64,000 nt of DNA from Octopus sinensis (lineage: Eukaryota), in assembly GCF_006345805.1 (NCBI RefSeq), contig NC_043022.1:13764001-13828000 (forward strand). The letters run 5' to 3'. The position numbers and the translations under genes were made by a program. This document shows, one piece after another, positions 35,636-47,865 of the stretch (its first letter is position 1; every line of letters starts with the position of its first letter). The notes under the pieces were generated by a model. It saw only the letters and a list, made by a program, of their open reading frames with translations. It was not told the DNA's origin and did not search any database.

Positions 35636-36295
35636 GTTCGTTGAATTTCTTTCATCACCATCTTTCCTTTCTGTCTGGGGGATGGAAACTGTATAGAAGT
35701 CTGTCGGGTGGGGTATAAAACTGCATTTAAAAAGACACAGCCATTTCCCACACTGATTCCACCTGAGAATTACATTAAGGGTACATGCGGCTGTAGAATA
35801 TTCAACCATTTAGATGTTAACTCAGGAGCAGGTAATTCAGTTGAGATCAAACAATTGAATCTTTATCTTTGAATGACGGCGAACCAAAGATCCACTGTAT
35901 GTCGCTGTGGAATGAGACGGTCGAATGCAGCTGTTTGGATGCTGACAATTTGGAATGGCTGACTGGACGTTCAGTCTGTTTTGGTGACTGTGCTTTTTGG
36001 GTGGTGCTGGAGACAAAACACACACACACACACACACATGCATGTATATTTAGACATATACACCTACAGAGAGAGGGAGAGAGAGACAGCAACTTTGCAA
36101 TTTGTCAATTAAACCCGATTGACCTAAACGCTTTCCCCTCTTCTTATATACATAAAAAGAAATATGCTCGCACACATATGGCGTTAGGAAGGGCATCCAG
36201 CTGTAGAAACTCTGCCAGATCAAGATTGGAGCCTGGTGCAGCTATCTGGTTCACCAGTCCTCAATCAAAATCATCCAACCCATGCTAGCATAGAA

Positions 36296-36500
36296 AGGTG
36301 TAGTGTTGGCGAATCTCAGGAAGCATGGAAGTTTTGAAGGATGCAGTGCTCTAACAATTGATGCTGGCAGTTTGTTCCATGCTTCAGCAACTTTCAGCGT
36401 GAAAAAATGTTTCCTGAAGCCATGGAAGGATCTGTGCTGTTTTCTGACTTTGTAAATATGTCCACGGGTGTTAGACGGGTGGAGTTTGAAAAGGTGCTCA
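36296..36500 (-). mobile_element. CR1/L2-like LINE 3' end in XRN1 intron 4
   Basis: TRGHIYKVRKQ...RKHFFTLKVAEAWNKLP. Confidence 0.8.
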
Positions 36501-36644
36501 GAGTTATACATGTTAGAATACAGTAATCCGAAACAATGTGAATAAGCTTGAGATTTGACAGAGTAATCTGAATGCTAAACGGTTGAGATGCTAAAAATAT
36601 GTTTAAATTGTTTTCTGTTCATCTAATTCTTCTCTCTGTTACAG

Positions 36645-36754
36645 GAACTGAATTTATGGTGAGGTTACAGAAACAGCTACAGTTCTTTGTTACACAGAAA
36701 GTCTCTTCAGACCCTCTTTGGAAAGGAGTCGACATCTACCTCTCTGGACATGAG
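36645..36754 (+). CDS. XRN1: XRN1 exon 5: (G)TEFMVRLQKQLQFFVTQKVSSDPLWKGVDIYLSGHE
   Basis: GTEFM...SGHE motifs; acAG / GTTCGT; 110 nt. Confidence 0.96.
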
Positions 36755-36819
36755 GTTCGTTCTCTTACCTTTTCCACCTGTTATGTTTGCTTTGTTTTAT
36801 TTCATTTTACACCAGTGCA

Positions 36820-37512
36820 GGTGGCACGTAAAAAGCACCAATCCGACCGTGGCCGTTGCCAGCCTCGTCTGGCACCTGTGCAGGTGGTACGTAAAAAGCA
36901 CCAATCCGACCGTGGCCGTTGCCAGCCTCGTCTGGCACCTGTGCAGGTGGCACGTAAAAAGCACCAATCCGACCGTGGCCATTGCCAGCCTCGTCTGGCA
37001 CCTGTGCAGGTGGTACGTAAAAAGCACCAATCCGACCGTGGCCGTTGCCAGGCTCGTCTGGCACCTGTGCAGGTGGCACGTAAAAAGCACCAATCCGACC
37101 GTGGCCGTTGCCAGCCTCGTCTGGCACCTGTGCAGGTGGTACGTAAAAAGCACCAATCCGACCGTGGCCGTTGCCAGCCTCGTCTGGCACCTGTGCAGGT
37201 GGCACGTAAAAAGCACCAATCCGACCGTGGCCGTTGCCAGCCTCGTCTGGCACCTGTGCAGGTGGCACGTAAAAAGCACCAATCCAACCGTGGCCGTTGC
37301 CAGCCTCGTCTGGCACCTGTGCAGGTGGTACGTAAAAAGCACCAATCCGACCGTGGCCGTTGCCAGCCTCGTCTGGCACCTGTGCAGGTGGCACGTAAAA
37401 AGCACCAATCCGACCGTGGCCGTTGCCAGCCTCGCCTGGCACCTGTGCAGGTGGCACGTAAAAAGCACCAATCCGACCGTGGCCGTTGCCAGCCTCGCCT
37501 GGCACCTGTGCA
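36820..37512. repeat. 11 x 63-bp minisatellite inside a family C copy
   Basis: Unit GGTGG(C/T)ACGTAAAAAGCACCAATCCGACCGTGGCCGTTGCCAGCCTCGTCTGGCACCTGTGCA. Confidence 0.95.
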
Positions 37513-37933
37513 GGTGGCACGTAAAAAGCACCCACTACACTCACAGAATGGTTGGCGTTAGGAAGGGCATCCAGCTGTAGAAACGTTGCCAGATATGACC
37601 GGAGCCTGGTGCAGCCTTCTGGCTTCCCAGACCCCAGTTGAACCATCCAACCCATGCTGGCATGGAGAACGGATGTTAAACGATGATGATTGATTATATG
37701 CTTGTATTTGTGTGTTTGTGAATATATATCATCACCACTAGCTGTTACACAGATCTGTCTTCCCTCCCGGTGTGGCTTGGATGGTTTTTGATAGGACCCT
37801 GCAAGTCAGATAAATGTGTACAGCATAGTAAAGAAAGAACAAAGTGGCCCCTATTTTATATTTCATAGAAAAGCAAAGTCCCCTTTGCTGTGTGATTTGT
37901 TTAATCTTTCATAATCGTTTGTTTTCTTTTCAG

Positions 37934-38044
37934 ACTCCTGGTGAAGGAGAGCACAAAATTATGGATTACATTCGGTCGTTACGCTCCAAGCCTGATTATG
38001 ATCCAAACACACGGCATTGTGTGTACGGATTAGATGCAGATTTG
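37934..38044 (+). CDS. XRN1: XRN1 exon 6: [37 protein letters not shown]
   Basis: GEGEHKI and YGLDADL catalytic motifs; ttcAG / GTGAGT; 111 nt. Confidence 0.97.
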
Positions 38045-39168
38045 GTGAGTTGGAAATCCTTTGCAGAAATTTTGTACCGAATTAACCTGAGTTGTTGTTA
38101 AGATGTTGGATAGAACATCACATGGATGCTTGTTCTGTTTCTCTACAGTTCTAAACTTTGCCTTTCATTTCTTCTAGGGGTCGATCCAAAAATTTAAAAA
38201 ACAAAAAAAAGGACCAATCCAGGGGAATGAATTGGTGGAACTGTTAGATGGCTGGGCAAGATACCTTGTGGTATTGGGTCTGGCTCTTTGCCTACTTGGC
38301 TGAAAGACAATCTGTCACCATCATTTGGCTCCTTGTGTATCTTTAGCAGAGTCCACTCTGTTGTTACCTGGTTTAACACCCCTGTCTGCTCCTTGGTAAC
38401 TCTGTTGTTACCTGGTTTAACGCCATTGTTTGGTATTTTGGTATTGTGAACATATATTGTGATTGTTACCAGCGTCGCCTTACTGGCACTTGTGCCGGTG
38501 GCATGTGAAAAAACATTCGAGCGAGGTTGTTGCCAGTGCCGCTGCACTGGCTCCTGTGCAGGTGGCATGTAAGAAACACCATTTGAGCGTGGCCGTTGCC
38601 AGTACTGCCTGACTGGCCCTCGTGCAGGTGGCATGTAAAAGCACCCACTACACTCTCGAAGTGGTTGGCATTAGGAAGGGCATCCAGCTGTAGAAACTCT
38701 GCCAGCTCAAGATTCGAGCCTGGTGCAGCCATCTGGTTTGCCAGTCCTCAGTCAAACTGTCCAACCCATGCCAGGATGGAAAGCGGACGTTAAACAAAGA
38801 TGATGATGATTATGATATTTTGGTTTAGAAGGCAGTGAACTGGCAGAATCGTTAGCACTCTGGGCGAAATGCTAGGCGGTATTTCACCTGTCATTATGTT
38901 CTGAGTTCAAATTTCACCGAGATCGACTTTGCCTTTCATCCTTTCAAGGTCAATAACTTAAGTACCAGTTGGATACTGGGGCCAATCTAATCGACTGCCC
39001 CTCTTGCCCCAATTACAGGCCTTGTTCCTAGAGTAGAAAAAAAAATAAAGTTTGGCTTAAATTTTGTTGCAATCTTTTCCCTTATCCTTCCATGTTGGTA
39101 TCCCTGTTTGTCTTTCTAAGCTGTGTTTTCTCTCTTTATTTATTTTTTTTTATGTTTTCAATTTGTAG

Positions 39169-39257
39169 ATTTTACTAGGGCTCACTTCCCATGAACCCCA
39201 CTTTTCTCTGTTGCGGGAAGAAGTTCGATTTGGTGGCAAAAGGGACAAAACAAAACG
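39169..39257 (+). CDS. XRN1: XRN1 exon 7: ILLGLTSHEPHFSLLREEVRFGGKRDKTK(R)
   Basis: LGLTSHExHFSLLREEV motif; tgtAG / GTATTG; 89 nt. Confidence 0.95.
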
Positions 39258-41422
39258 GTATTGTTTTATTTTATTTTTTATTTATCTATCTAGTTTCAGC
39301 TCACAAGCTGTGGCCATGCTGGGGCACCGCCATGTTTGTTTTGTTTTTTTTATTTGTTCATTTTATTCTTTCCTATTTTTATAAATTTTTTCATCTACGT
39401 TTTACTTGTTTCGTTTGACTGCGACCATGCTGGGGCACCATCTCGAAGTGTTTAGCTGAACGAATCGACCTCAGGACTTAGTTTTAAGCCTAGTACTTAC
39501 TCTCTTGATCTCTTTTGCCAAACCATTAAGTTATCGAGATGTAAACAAACCAACACTGGTTATCAAGCAGTTGTGGAGCGCGCACACACACACTCATATT
39601 GAGAGAAAGATGACTGAAAATGGAATGTTATGATATTCTTTATTTAAAATCACTACAGTAGTTTCAACACATTTTTACACCTGTAGTACACAGGTGAGAT
39701 GTTATGTAATCATTATCATCCAACCATGTGGAGGCACGTGGCTTAGTGGTTAGGGTGTTGAACTCATGATCGTAAGGTCATGGTTTCGATTCCTGGACCG
39801 GGCGATGCATTGTGTTCTTGAGCAAAACACTTCATTTCACGTTGCTCCAGTCCACTCAGCTGGCAAAAATGAGTAACGCTGCAATGGACTGGCGTCCCGT
39901 CCAGGTGGGGAATTTCTACGCCAATGAAACTGGGAAACCGGCCCTTATGAGCCTGGCATGGCTCAAGAAGGAACATTTATTATTTTTTTTATCATCCAAC
40001 CAAAGTGTAAAATGCTTCTCCTCAGGTGATTGTTTTAAATAAGTCCTTCATCAGATCCTATTGTCATTTTACTCAGAATGGGGATGCACACCCAATGTAG
40101 TATGTCATTTCCAGGAATTTACATACAAAACAGAAAACGACAGACAGGTTTTAATTTTTTACTTTTATTGTGTAGATGCAGGAGTGGCTGTGAGCTAAAA
40201 AGCTTGCTTACCAACCAGATGGTTCTGGGTTCAGTCCCATTGCGCGGCACCTTGAGCAAGTGTTTTCTACTATAGCCTCAGGCCGACCAAAGTCTTGTGA
40301 GTGGATTTGGTAGATGGAAACTGAAAGAAGCCCGTTGTGTGTGTGTGTGTTTGTTCCCCCCACCCCATCAACACTTGACAACTGATGCTAGTGTGTTTAT
40401 GTCCTCGTAACTTAGCGGTTCGATAGAATAAGTACTAGGCTAACAAAGAATGAGTCCTGGGGTCGACTTGTTCGACAAAAGGCGGTGCTCCAGCATGGCC
40501 GCAGTCAAATGTCTGAAACAAGTAAAAGAAAGAAAAGAAAGTCAATCACGCAGCGGCTGTGCGTGTGTATACACACGAGTATGTGTGTTTATGCGTATAC
40601 AGTCATTTGTGGTTGTGTGGTTGAGAAACTTGCTTCCCAACCATGTAGTCTTCGGGTTTGAGATTCTGTCCCATAGTGCAACATCTTGGGCAGGTTCTAC
40701 TATAGCTCTGTGCTAACCAAAGCCTTCTGAATGAATTTGGTAGACGGAAACGAAGAAGCCTGTCATGTGTGTTTGTGTGTATCCCTGTCTATATATCACA
40801 CGATGGTTGTAAACGAGCATCATTGTCATACAAGCGAGGTTGTTTGTTTCCAGTCTTCTTTGGTTTCATGAAGGGCATCCAACCATAGAAAAACCATCGC
40901 AACAAATTCCATCTGACCCATGCAAGCATAGAAAGCGCACGTAAAATAAGGCGCAGGAGTGGCTGTGTGGTAAGTAGCTTGTCTACAAACCACATGGTTC
41001 CGGGTTCAGTCCCACTGCGTGGCATCTTGGGCAAGTGTCTTCTACTATAGCCTCGGGCCGACCAAAGCCTTGTGAGTGGATTTGGTAGACGGAAACTGAA
41101 AGAAGCCTGTCTTATATATGTATATATATGTATGTGTTTGTGTATCTGTGTTTGTCTCCCTAGCATTGTTTGACAACCGATGCTGGTGTGTTTACGTCCC
41201 CATCACTTAGCAGTTCGGCAAAAGAGACCGATAGAATAAGTACTGGGCTTACAAAGAATAAGTCCCGGGGTTGAGTTGCTTGACTAAAGGCGGTGCTCCA
41301 GCATGGCCGCAGTCAAATGACTGAAACAAGTAAAAGAAAGATCATATACCTCTGTAAAGACAGACACAAAACCTTCAACTTTGCAACCTTCATTTAGTTT
41401 TGTTTTTCTGTTTTCCATTCAG

Positions 41423-41510
41423 TCCCATGACGCCGAAAGAGACCACATTTCTTTTGCTACATTTATCTCTGATGCGAGAATATCTTTACTTTGAATTTGC
41501 AGATTTAGAG
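41423..41510 (+). CDS. XRN1: XRN1 exon 8: PMTPKETTFLLLHLSLMREYLYFEFADLE
   Basis: LHLSLMREY motif; ttcAG / GTAAGT; 88 nt. Confidence 0.95.
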
Positions 41511-41773
41511 GTAAGTGATACTCGTTAATCTTTTACCCTTAAGTTTATCCCCTCACTGCTCTGTTCTGGATTCAGACCTCAGAGTTTCAAAACAAAAATC
41601 GTATTTTATTCCCTTACTGCATTGTTTACACCATCCTTGTTTCTCCCCTCAATGCCTTGGTTTTAGATTTAAGTCAGTTTCCAAATAATCCTAATTTTCT
41701 CATCACTGTCTCATTTGCTATCTTGATGCTCTAGATTTAAACCTTAGGGCTTCTAACTGAATTCCCATTTCAT

Positions 41774-42023
41774 GGTACTACTTAAATACAGAGGTCCCAA
41801 CACATCTACGTAACCCTAACCCTAAACCCTAATCCTGAAACTAACCCTAAACCTAAAACTAACCCTAAAACTAACCCTAACCCTAAAACTAACCCTAAAA
41901 CTAACCCTAACCCTAAAACTAACCCTAAGCCCTAACCTTGAAAATAACCATAACCCTAACCAGTGTGTCCTGTGAAAACATCATTACATCAATGTGTTGG
42001 GACCTCTGTATTTAAGTGGTGCC
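41774..42023. mobile_element. 250-bp TIR element with 8-bp TSD carrying a (TAACCC)/(TAAAAC) telomere-like array
   Basis: 32-bp TIR with 2 mismatches; TSD CATTTCAT/CATTTCAC. Confidence 0.8.
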
Positions 42024-42210
42024 CATTTCACTCTCCACTGCTTAATTTACACAAACTTTGTCCCTTTATTGCCTTGATGCTCTTGTATTAAATCTCACTA
42101 AATTATCTTATTCCATGTTCACTGATATTTTACATGTTCACCGTAATGTTACATTTCATGTTTTCTTTTTTGTTTTTAATCCCCTTTTCCTCCTTCTTTT
42201 AATCCCTCAG

Positions 42211-42379
42211 CACAAATTATCTTTTCCCTTTGACCTCGAGCGGATCATCGATGATTGGATTTTCATGAGTTTTTTAGTGGGGAATGATTTCATCCCTCAT
42301 CTGCCACACCTCCACATTCACCAAGACGGTCTGCCTTTTCTGTGGCAGACCTACATGCAAGTACTTCCTACATGTGATG
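42211..42379 (+). CDS. XRN1: XRN1 exon 9: HKLSFPFDLERIIDDWIFMSFLVGNDFIPHLPHLHIHQDGLPFLWQTYMQVLPTCD(G)
   Basis: VGNDFIPHLP catalytic motif; ctcAG / GTAAGT; 169 nt. Confidence 0.97.
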
Positions 42380-42500
42380 GTAAGTCAGCCATCTAATTCT
42401 TCCTCTCTCCATTCATGTCATGCATGTTGTTTTTGTTGTTCTTGCTGTTCATCCCTAGGTGAATGCTGAATGACCGACCTATGAAATATTTCTTGTAATA

Positions 42501-42715
42501 TAGGGTGTTCAAAAAATCTCTCCGCAGTAAGTATTTAATGGTTTTCGGGTGATTCTTGTACAACAATCCTTTGCTCCCCAGGCAAAAAAAGTCTAGTGGT
42601 GTTAATCAGGTGATCTTGGTGGCCAAAATCCCTTCGAAATAATCTTGAAGTATCACCATGGTGATGCGCAGGATGAAAAAAGAATTCACTACGGAGAGAC
42701 TTTTTGAACACCCTG
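42501..42715. mobile_element. Tc1/mariner-like TA-flanked MITE
   Basis: TA|TAGGGTGTTCAAAAAATCTCTCCG ... CGGAGAGACTTTTTGAACACCCTG|TA. Confidence 0.8.
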
Positions 42716-43425
42716 TATAAGGGAAGTGAGTTAAAAGTTGTTTGGTATGTGTCACGACCCCTTTGTTTTTATGTGCTGGCTCTGCCTGACTTCAGGACTT
42801 GGCTATGCCTCTGCACCCTTAAGTATTTGAAGTCGCTGATCTCCTTGAGTTGTGTGCTGCTGTAGGAGCAAACAGGCAAATGGTATTCATCTTCAGTGAT
42901 GGTCATGTATTGTTTCTTTATTGCCCACAAGGGGGCTAAACATAGAGGGGACAAACAAGGACAGAGAAAGGGATTAAGTTGATTACATCGACCCCAGTGC
43001 GTAACTGGTACTTAATTTATCAACCCCGAAAGGATGAAAATAAATAAAGTACCAGTTTCGCACTGGGGTCGATGTAATCGACTTAACCCGTTTCTCTGTC
43101 CTTGTTTGTCCCCCCCCCCCATGTTTAGCCCCTTGAAGGCAATAAAGAAATATATTAGGTTTGGTAATCTGTAGTTTCAGGTCATGTGTTCCTGTCAATA
43201 ATATCAACGCTGCTGGGTATTCTACCCCTTCAACTAGGGTACATTACCAAACCTAATAGAAGGATAGCAGAGATCCCTGGTGCAGTATTAAGAGACGCAT
43301 CTTGGTTATAACCACATGAAGAAGAAAGAAAACTTTTTTTTGTATGGAAACTGTCCTTCCAACATTTTCCTCTTGTCAATTGCTAAAGATTCTTTCAATT
43401 TTTTTTGTTTTCCTTTTCTTCACAG

Positions 43426-43493
43426 GTTATCTCACTGATGCTGGCAGTTTAAATTTGGAAAGATTCGAAAAGTATATCACTGCATTGTCAAAG
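43426..43493 (+). CDS. XRN1: XRN1 exon 10: (G)YLTDAGSLNLERFEKYITALSK
   Basis: GY...G.LNL.RFEKY motif; cacAG / GTGAGC; 68 nt. Confidence 0.95.
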
Positions 43494-43565
43494 GTGAGCA
43501 GTAAACAGAAAGCCTGCTAGTAAATGTATGATTGCGTGTGTGTGCGTATGTTAAAATGTAAATAA

Positions 43566-43942
43566 CAGTGACATGCAAGAGGCACCCGTGCCAGTGACAT
43601 GCAAGAGGCACCCGTGCCAGTGACGTGCGACAGGCACCTGTGCCAGTGACGTGCGACAGGCACCCGTGCCAGTGACGTGCGACAGGCACCCGTGCCAGTG
43701 ACGTGCGAGGGGCACCCGTGCCAGTGACGTGCGAGGGGCACCCGTGCCAGTGACGTGCGAGGGGCACCAGTGACGTGCGAGGGGCACCAGTGACGTTCGA
43801 GAGGTGCCAGTGACGTGCGAGAGGCCCCGTGCCAGTGACGTGCGAGAGGCACCCGTGCCAGTGACGTGCGAGAAGCACCCGTGCCAGTGACGTGCGAGAG
43901 GCGCCAGTGACGTGCGAGAGGTGCCAGTGACGTGCGAGACAC
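43566..43942. repeat. About 14-15 units of a 26-bp minisatellite (some truncated to 18 bp) inside a family C copy
   Basis: Unit GCACCCGTGCCAGTGACGTGCGAGAG. Confidence 0.9.
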
Positions 43943-44235
43943 CCTCATGTTGTTGATGTGCAAGAGGCACCTGTGTCAGCCAAACATTTAAGGCACCCAT
44001 ACCAGTGACATGTAAAAGAGTCCTGATACATTCTATGGAATGATTGATGTTATGAAGGATATCCAGCCATGCAAACCAAATCAAAATCCGACTGGAGCCT
44101 AGTGCCTGCCTCACCAGTTCCATCCAAACCATCTAACCCATGCCAGCATGGAAAATGAACGCTAAACAATGATGATGATGTGAAAATACCATTAATCCTT
44201 CTTTTGAGTTCTCTTCACCGTTCTTTCTCTTGTAG

Positions 44236-44370
44236 GTAGACTTTGAAAAATTCCAAGAGACTACTGCCAATGCCAAGTGGCTGTCAGCTAAATCTACAAG
44301 AGGTCGACCAACCCGGCCAAAAGAAATTTTTAACGAACCTTCTTCATCGCATAAAAACAAGGCGAAATAT
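44236..44370 (+). CDS. XRN1: XRN1 exon 11: VDFEKFQETTANAKWLSAKSTRGRPTRPKEIFNEPSSSHKNKAKY
   Basis: tgtAG / GTAAGT; 135 nt; phase 0/0; D..KF......KW pattern. Confidence 0.9.
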
Positions 44371-44999
44371 GTAAGTTTTGTTTGTTTTAGAGGAACATCC
44401 ACTTTTTTGTATTCAGTATTTCCATATTTATTATTATTATTATTATTATTATAAAAGGAGAAAGGGGCTCTCTACCCCCCTTTTGACCAGGCTCTCGTTG
44501 GCTTTTATGGGTTTTTCCACCAGGAACCTTTCGTAACGCCTCCCCCTATTGGGAGTTTTTCGTTGTTATATTATTTGATTGTTACACTGTTTTTTACACG
44601 ATTTTTTTCACAAACGGACAAAACCCTTTGTAACCTTTCGTCCTGTTTTGTCCCTTTATGTTTTCTAATCATGTGTGTCAGCCCTTGTGGGCAATAAAAA
44701 GAATTATTATTATTATTATTATTAATTGTTTGTGAAGGCAACAAGCTGGCAGCGTCGTTAGTGTGTCGGACAAAATGCTTAGTGGCATTTCTTCTGAGGT
44801 TTGCAGTTCAAATACCAGCAAAGTCGACTGTCGATGTTCGTTCTTTTGGGGGTTCAGAAAATAAGTACCAGTTGAGTACTGGGGGTCGATGTAATCGACT
44901 GACCCTGTCCCTCCAAAATTGTTGGTCTTGTACCAAAATTAAAAAAAAAGATTTAACTAAAACTGTCTGTAAAAATTCCATGCTACCACTCCCCCCTCC

Positions 45000-45300
45000 T
45001 CGTCATCATTGCGATCATCATCATCATCATCATCACCAGCAGCAGTATCACCATCATTACAATTATCATAATCGCACCATCATTGTCTTCATCACTGCCC
45101 TGTCCTCACCATCATGATCGTCGTCATCTGCACAACACCACTACTACCACAATGACCACCACCACAACCATTGCCTTCATCACCATTGTCATTCCCATTG
45201 CCACTATCACCATCAACATCATCATAATCACTATATACAATAGCAGCAGCATCTTCACCATCCTTACAACCACCACCACCACGAATGGCACCACATGCAT
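45000..45300. repeat. (CAT)n/(CAC)n trinucleotide-rich tract
   Basis: Seen directly. Confidence 0.85.
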
Positions 45301-46086
45301 TTCTCTCTGTTATTTCCAATTTCTGTGTATTGTCGTTGTCTTTATATGCAGCTGCCTGTTTTAACTTCAGCAAGAATTTGAATGTCTGAAGGCGGCGAGC
45401 TGGCAGAATCGTTAGCATGCTGGGCGAAATGCTTAGCGGTATTTCATCTGCCGTTACGTTCTGAGTTCAAATTCCGCCGAGGTTCACTTTGTCTTTCATC
45501 CTTTCAGGGTTGATTAAATAAGTACCAGTTACGCACTGGGGTCGATATCATCGACTTAATCCCTTTGTCTGCCTTTGTTTGTCCTCTCTGTGTTTAGCCT
45601 CTTGTGGGGAGTAAAGAAATAGGTATTTCGTCTGCCGCTACGTTCTGAGTTCAAATTCTGCCGAAGTTAACTTTACCTTTTATCCTTTCGGGGTTGATAA
45701 AGGAAGTACCAGTTATGCACTGGGGTTAATGTAATAGACTTAATCCGTTTGTCTGTCCTTGTTTGTCCCCTCTGTGTGTAGCCCCTTGTGGCAAGTGAAG
45801 AAAGAAGAAACGTTAGCACGTCGGGCGAAATGCTTAGCGGTATTTCGTCTACTGTTACATTCTGAGTTCAAATTCCACCGAGGTTGACTTTGCCTTTCAT
45901 CCTTTAATAAATAAAGTACCGGTTATGCACTGGGTTCAATATAATTGACTTAATCTGTTTGTCCTTGTTTGTCCCCTCTATGTTTAGCCCCTTGTAGGCA
46001 ATAAAGAAATAAGAATTTGAATGCCTGTCATCATCAGCATCATTATCAGCATCATCATTTACTACTTCTTTCTATTTTATCTGCAG

Positions 46087-46174
46087 CGAGAGCTTGAAGA
46101 ATTTCTGATGAATGACAGTGAATACGATGGCGAATGCCTGGAGGATAATTATGCCGAATCCAAAGTTTCAGAAG
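46087..46174 (+). CDS. XRN1: XRN1 exon 12 (acidic linker): RELEEFLMNDSEYDGECLEDNYAESKVSE(A)
   Basis: ctgcAG / GTAAGA; 88 nt; the phases bridge exons 11 and 13; weak homology. Confidence 0.8.
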
Positions 46175-46989
46175 GTAAGAAGTGGAATCGGCACCGGTTT
46201 TGGTTCTGGGATTGGATCCATTGTAATTGTTCCACGAGGAGGGTATTTTGGCATTTTAATCCAGGCGTTTTCAGATACCAGTCTGTCTCCGCCATCAGAA
46301 CTTTGAAAAATATTAAGGAATCTCTTCTCTTCTCACGTCCATCATTGGAAAGATAAGACTATCATCATTGTCGTCGTCATCATCACCAAACATCCATTTT
46401 TCATGCTGTCATGGGTTGGATAGTTTGACGGGAGCTGGAGATCTGCACCAGGTTACAGTCTAATTTGCCTTGGTTTTTATGTATATACGACGGGCTTCTT
46501 TCAGTTTCCGTCTACCAAATCCAATCACAAGGCTTTGGTCGGCCTGGGACTATAGTAGAAGACACTTGCCCAAGATTTCACGCAGTGGGACTGAACCTGG
46601 AACCATGTGGTTGGGAAGTAAGCTACTTACCACATTGCCATACCCCAACTTAACATGGGTGTCAATTTGCAGGACTCCACAGTTGCGGCAGATACCGGTG
46701 TCACACAAATTGGCTCCCGTGCTGATGGCATGTAAACGAACCCCGGTGTTGCACAAATGGCACCCATGACGGTGGCATGTAAAAGCACCCATTACACTCA
46801 TTATTGTGCAAACTGTTGTAAAAAGACAACCAACTCTTGTTACATTGCTTATTGTTATACAGTTTTATTTGGCACCTTGATATATTGTCCACACACACAC
46901 ACATCATATATCGTCACTGACGATAGAGCATTATTTTATTTGGTTCTCTTATCTTTTGCTCTTCTTTCTCCATTTCTGTTTTTCTCCAG

Positions 46990-47083
46990 CTGTGACCAAC
47001 TGTGATCAATCAGAAGAGGAAAGTTTCTGGGAATACAAGAAAGACTATTACAAATCCAAATTGCAATACGAAGAAGTCACAGA
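46990..47083 (+). CDS. XRN1: XRN1 exon 13: (A)VTNCDQSEEESFWEYKKDYYKSKLQYEEVT(D)
   Basis: F..YK..YY..K motif; ctccAG / GTAAGA; 94 nt. Confidence 0.93.
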
Positions 47084-47118
47084 GTAAGAACCGAGAATTT
47101 CTGGACCTCATCTGTTTC

Positions 47119-47173
<55 letters not shown>

Positions 47174-47865
47174 TATACATTTATATATATTATATATATA
47201 TATATATATATATGGAGGCGCAATGTGTGTATATATCTTTTAATGTTTACTTGTTTCAGTCATTTGACTGTGACCATGCTGGAGCACTGCAAAGTTATGG
47301 GGACATAAACACACCAACACCGGTTGTCAAGCAGTGATGGGGGACAATCACACATATATAGCCTCCTCACACACACATACACATATATATGCACATACAT
47401 ACATACAATGGGCTTCTCTCAGTTTCTGTTTACCAAATCAAATCACAAGGCTTTGGTTGGCCCAAGGCTACAGCAGAAGACACTTGCCCAAGGTACCATG
47501 CAGTGGGACTGAACCCGGAACCCTGTGGTTGGAAGCAAGCTTCTTACCACACAGACACGCCTGATATATATAATTACACCCAATGGGATTCCACACAGTT
47601 TCTGTTTACCAAATCTACTCACGAGGCATTGGTCAGCCAGGGGCTATAGTAAAAGACACTTGCCCAAGGTGCCACACAATGGGAGCTGGGACTGAACCCA
47701 AACCCCAGACTACATAGCTGCAAAGCGGGCTTCTTAACCGCACAGCCAGGCCTATTGAGTTTCTTTTCATATTTTATTCTTCAAGTATGTTTGTGTAAAC
47801 ACAGCAACGGAGTAATGGTGGTAAACGTCTCTGGGTGTCTCAACTATAAAACAAAAAACAATCTA

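Noticed and set aside
36820-37512. Regular array resembling CRISPR
   Set aside because: Head-to-tail units with no unique spacers, eukaryotic context, no cas genes
41811-41962. True telomere or chromosome fusion site
   Set aside because: Short, degenerate, single orientation, and enclosed by TIRs and a TSD inside an intron
45083-45418. Poly-Thr/His and Asp/Gly ORFs
   Set aside because: Trinucleotide repeat translations with no splice support
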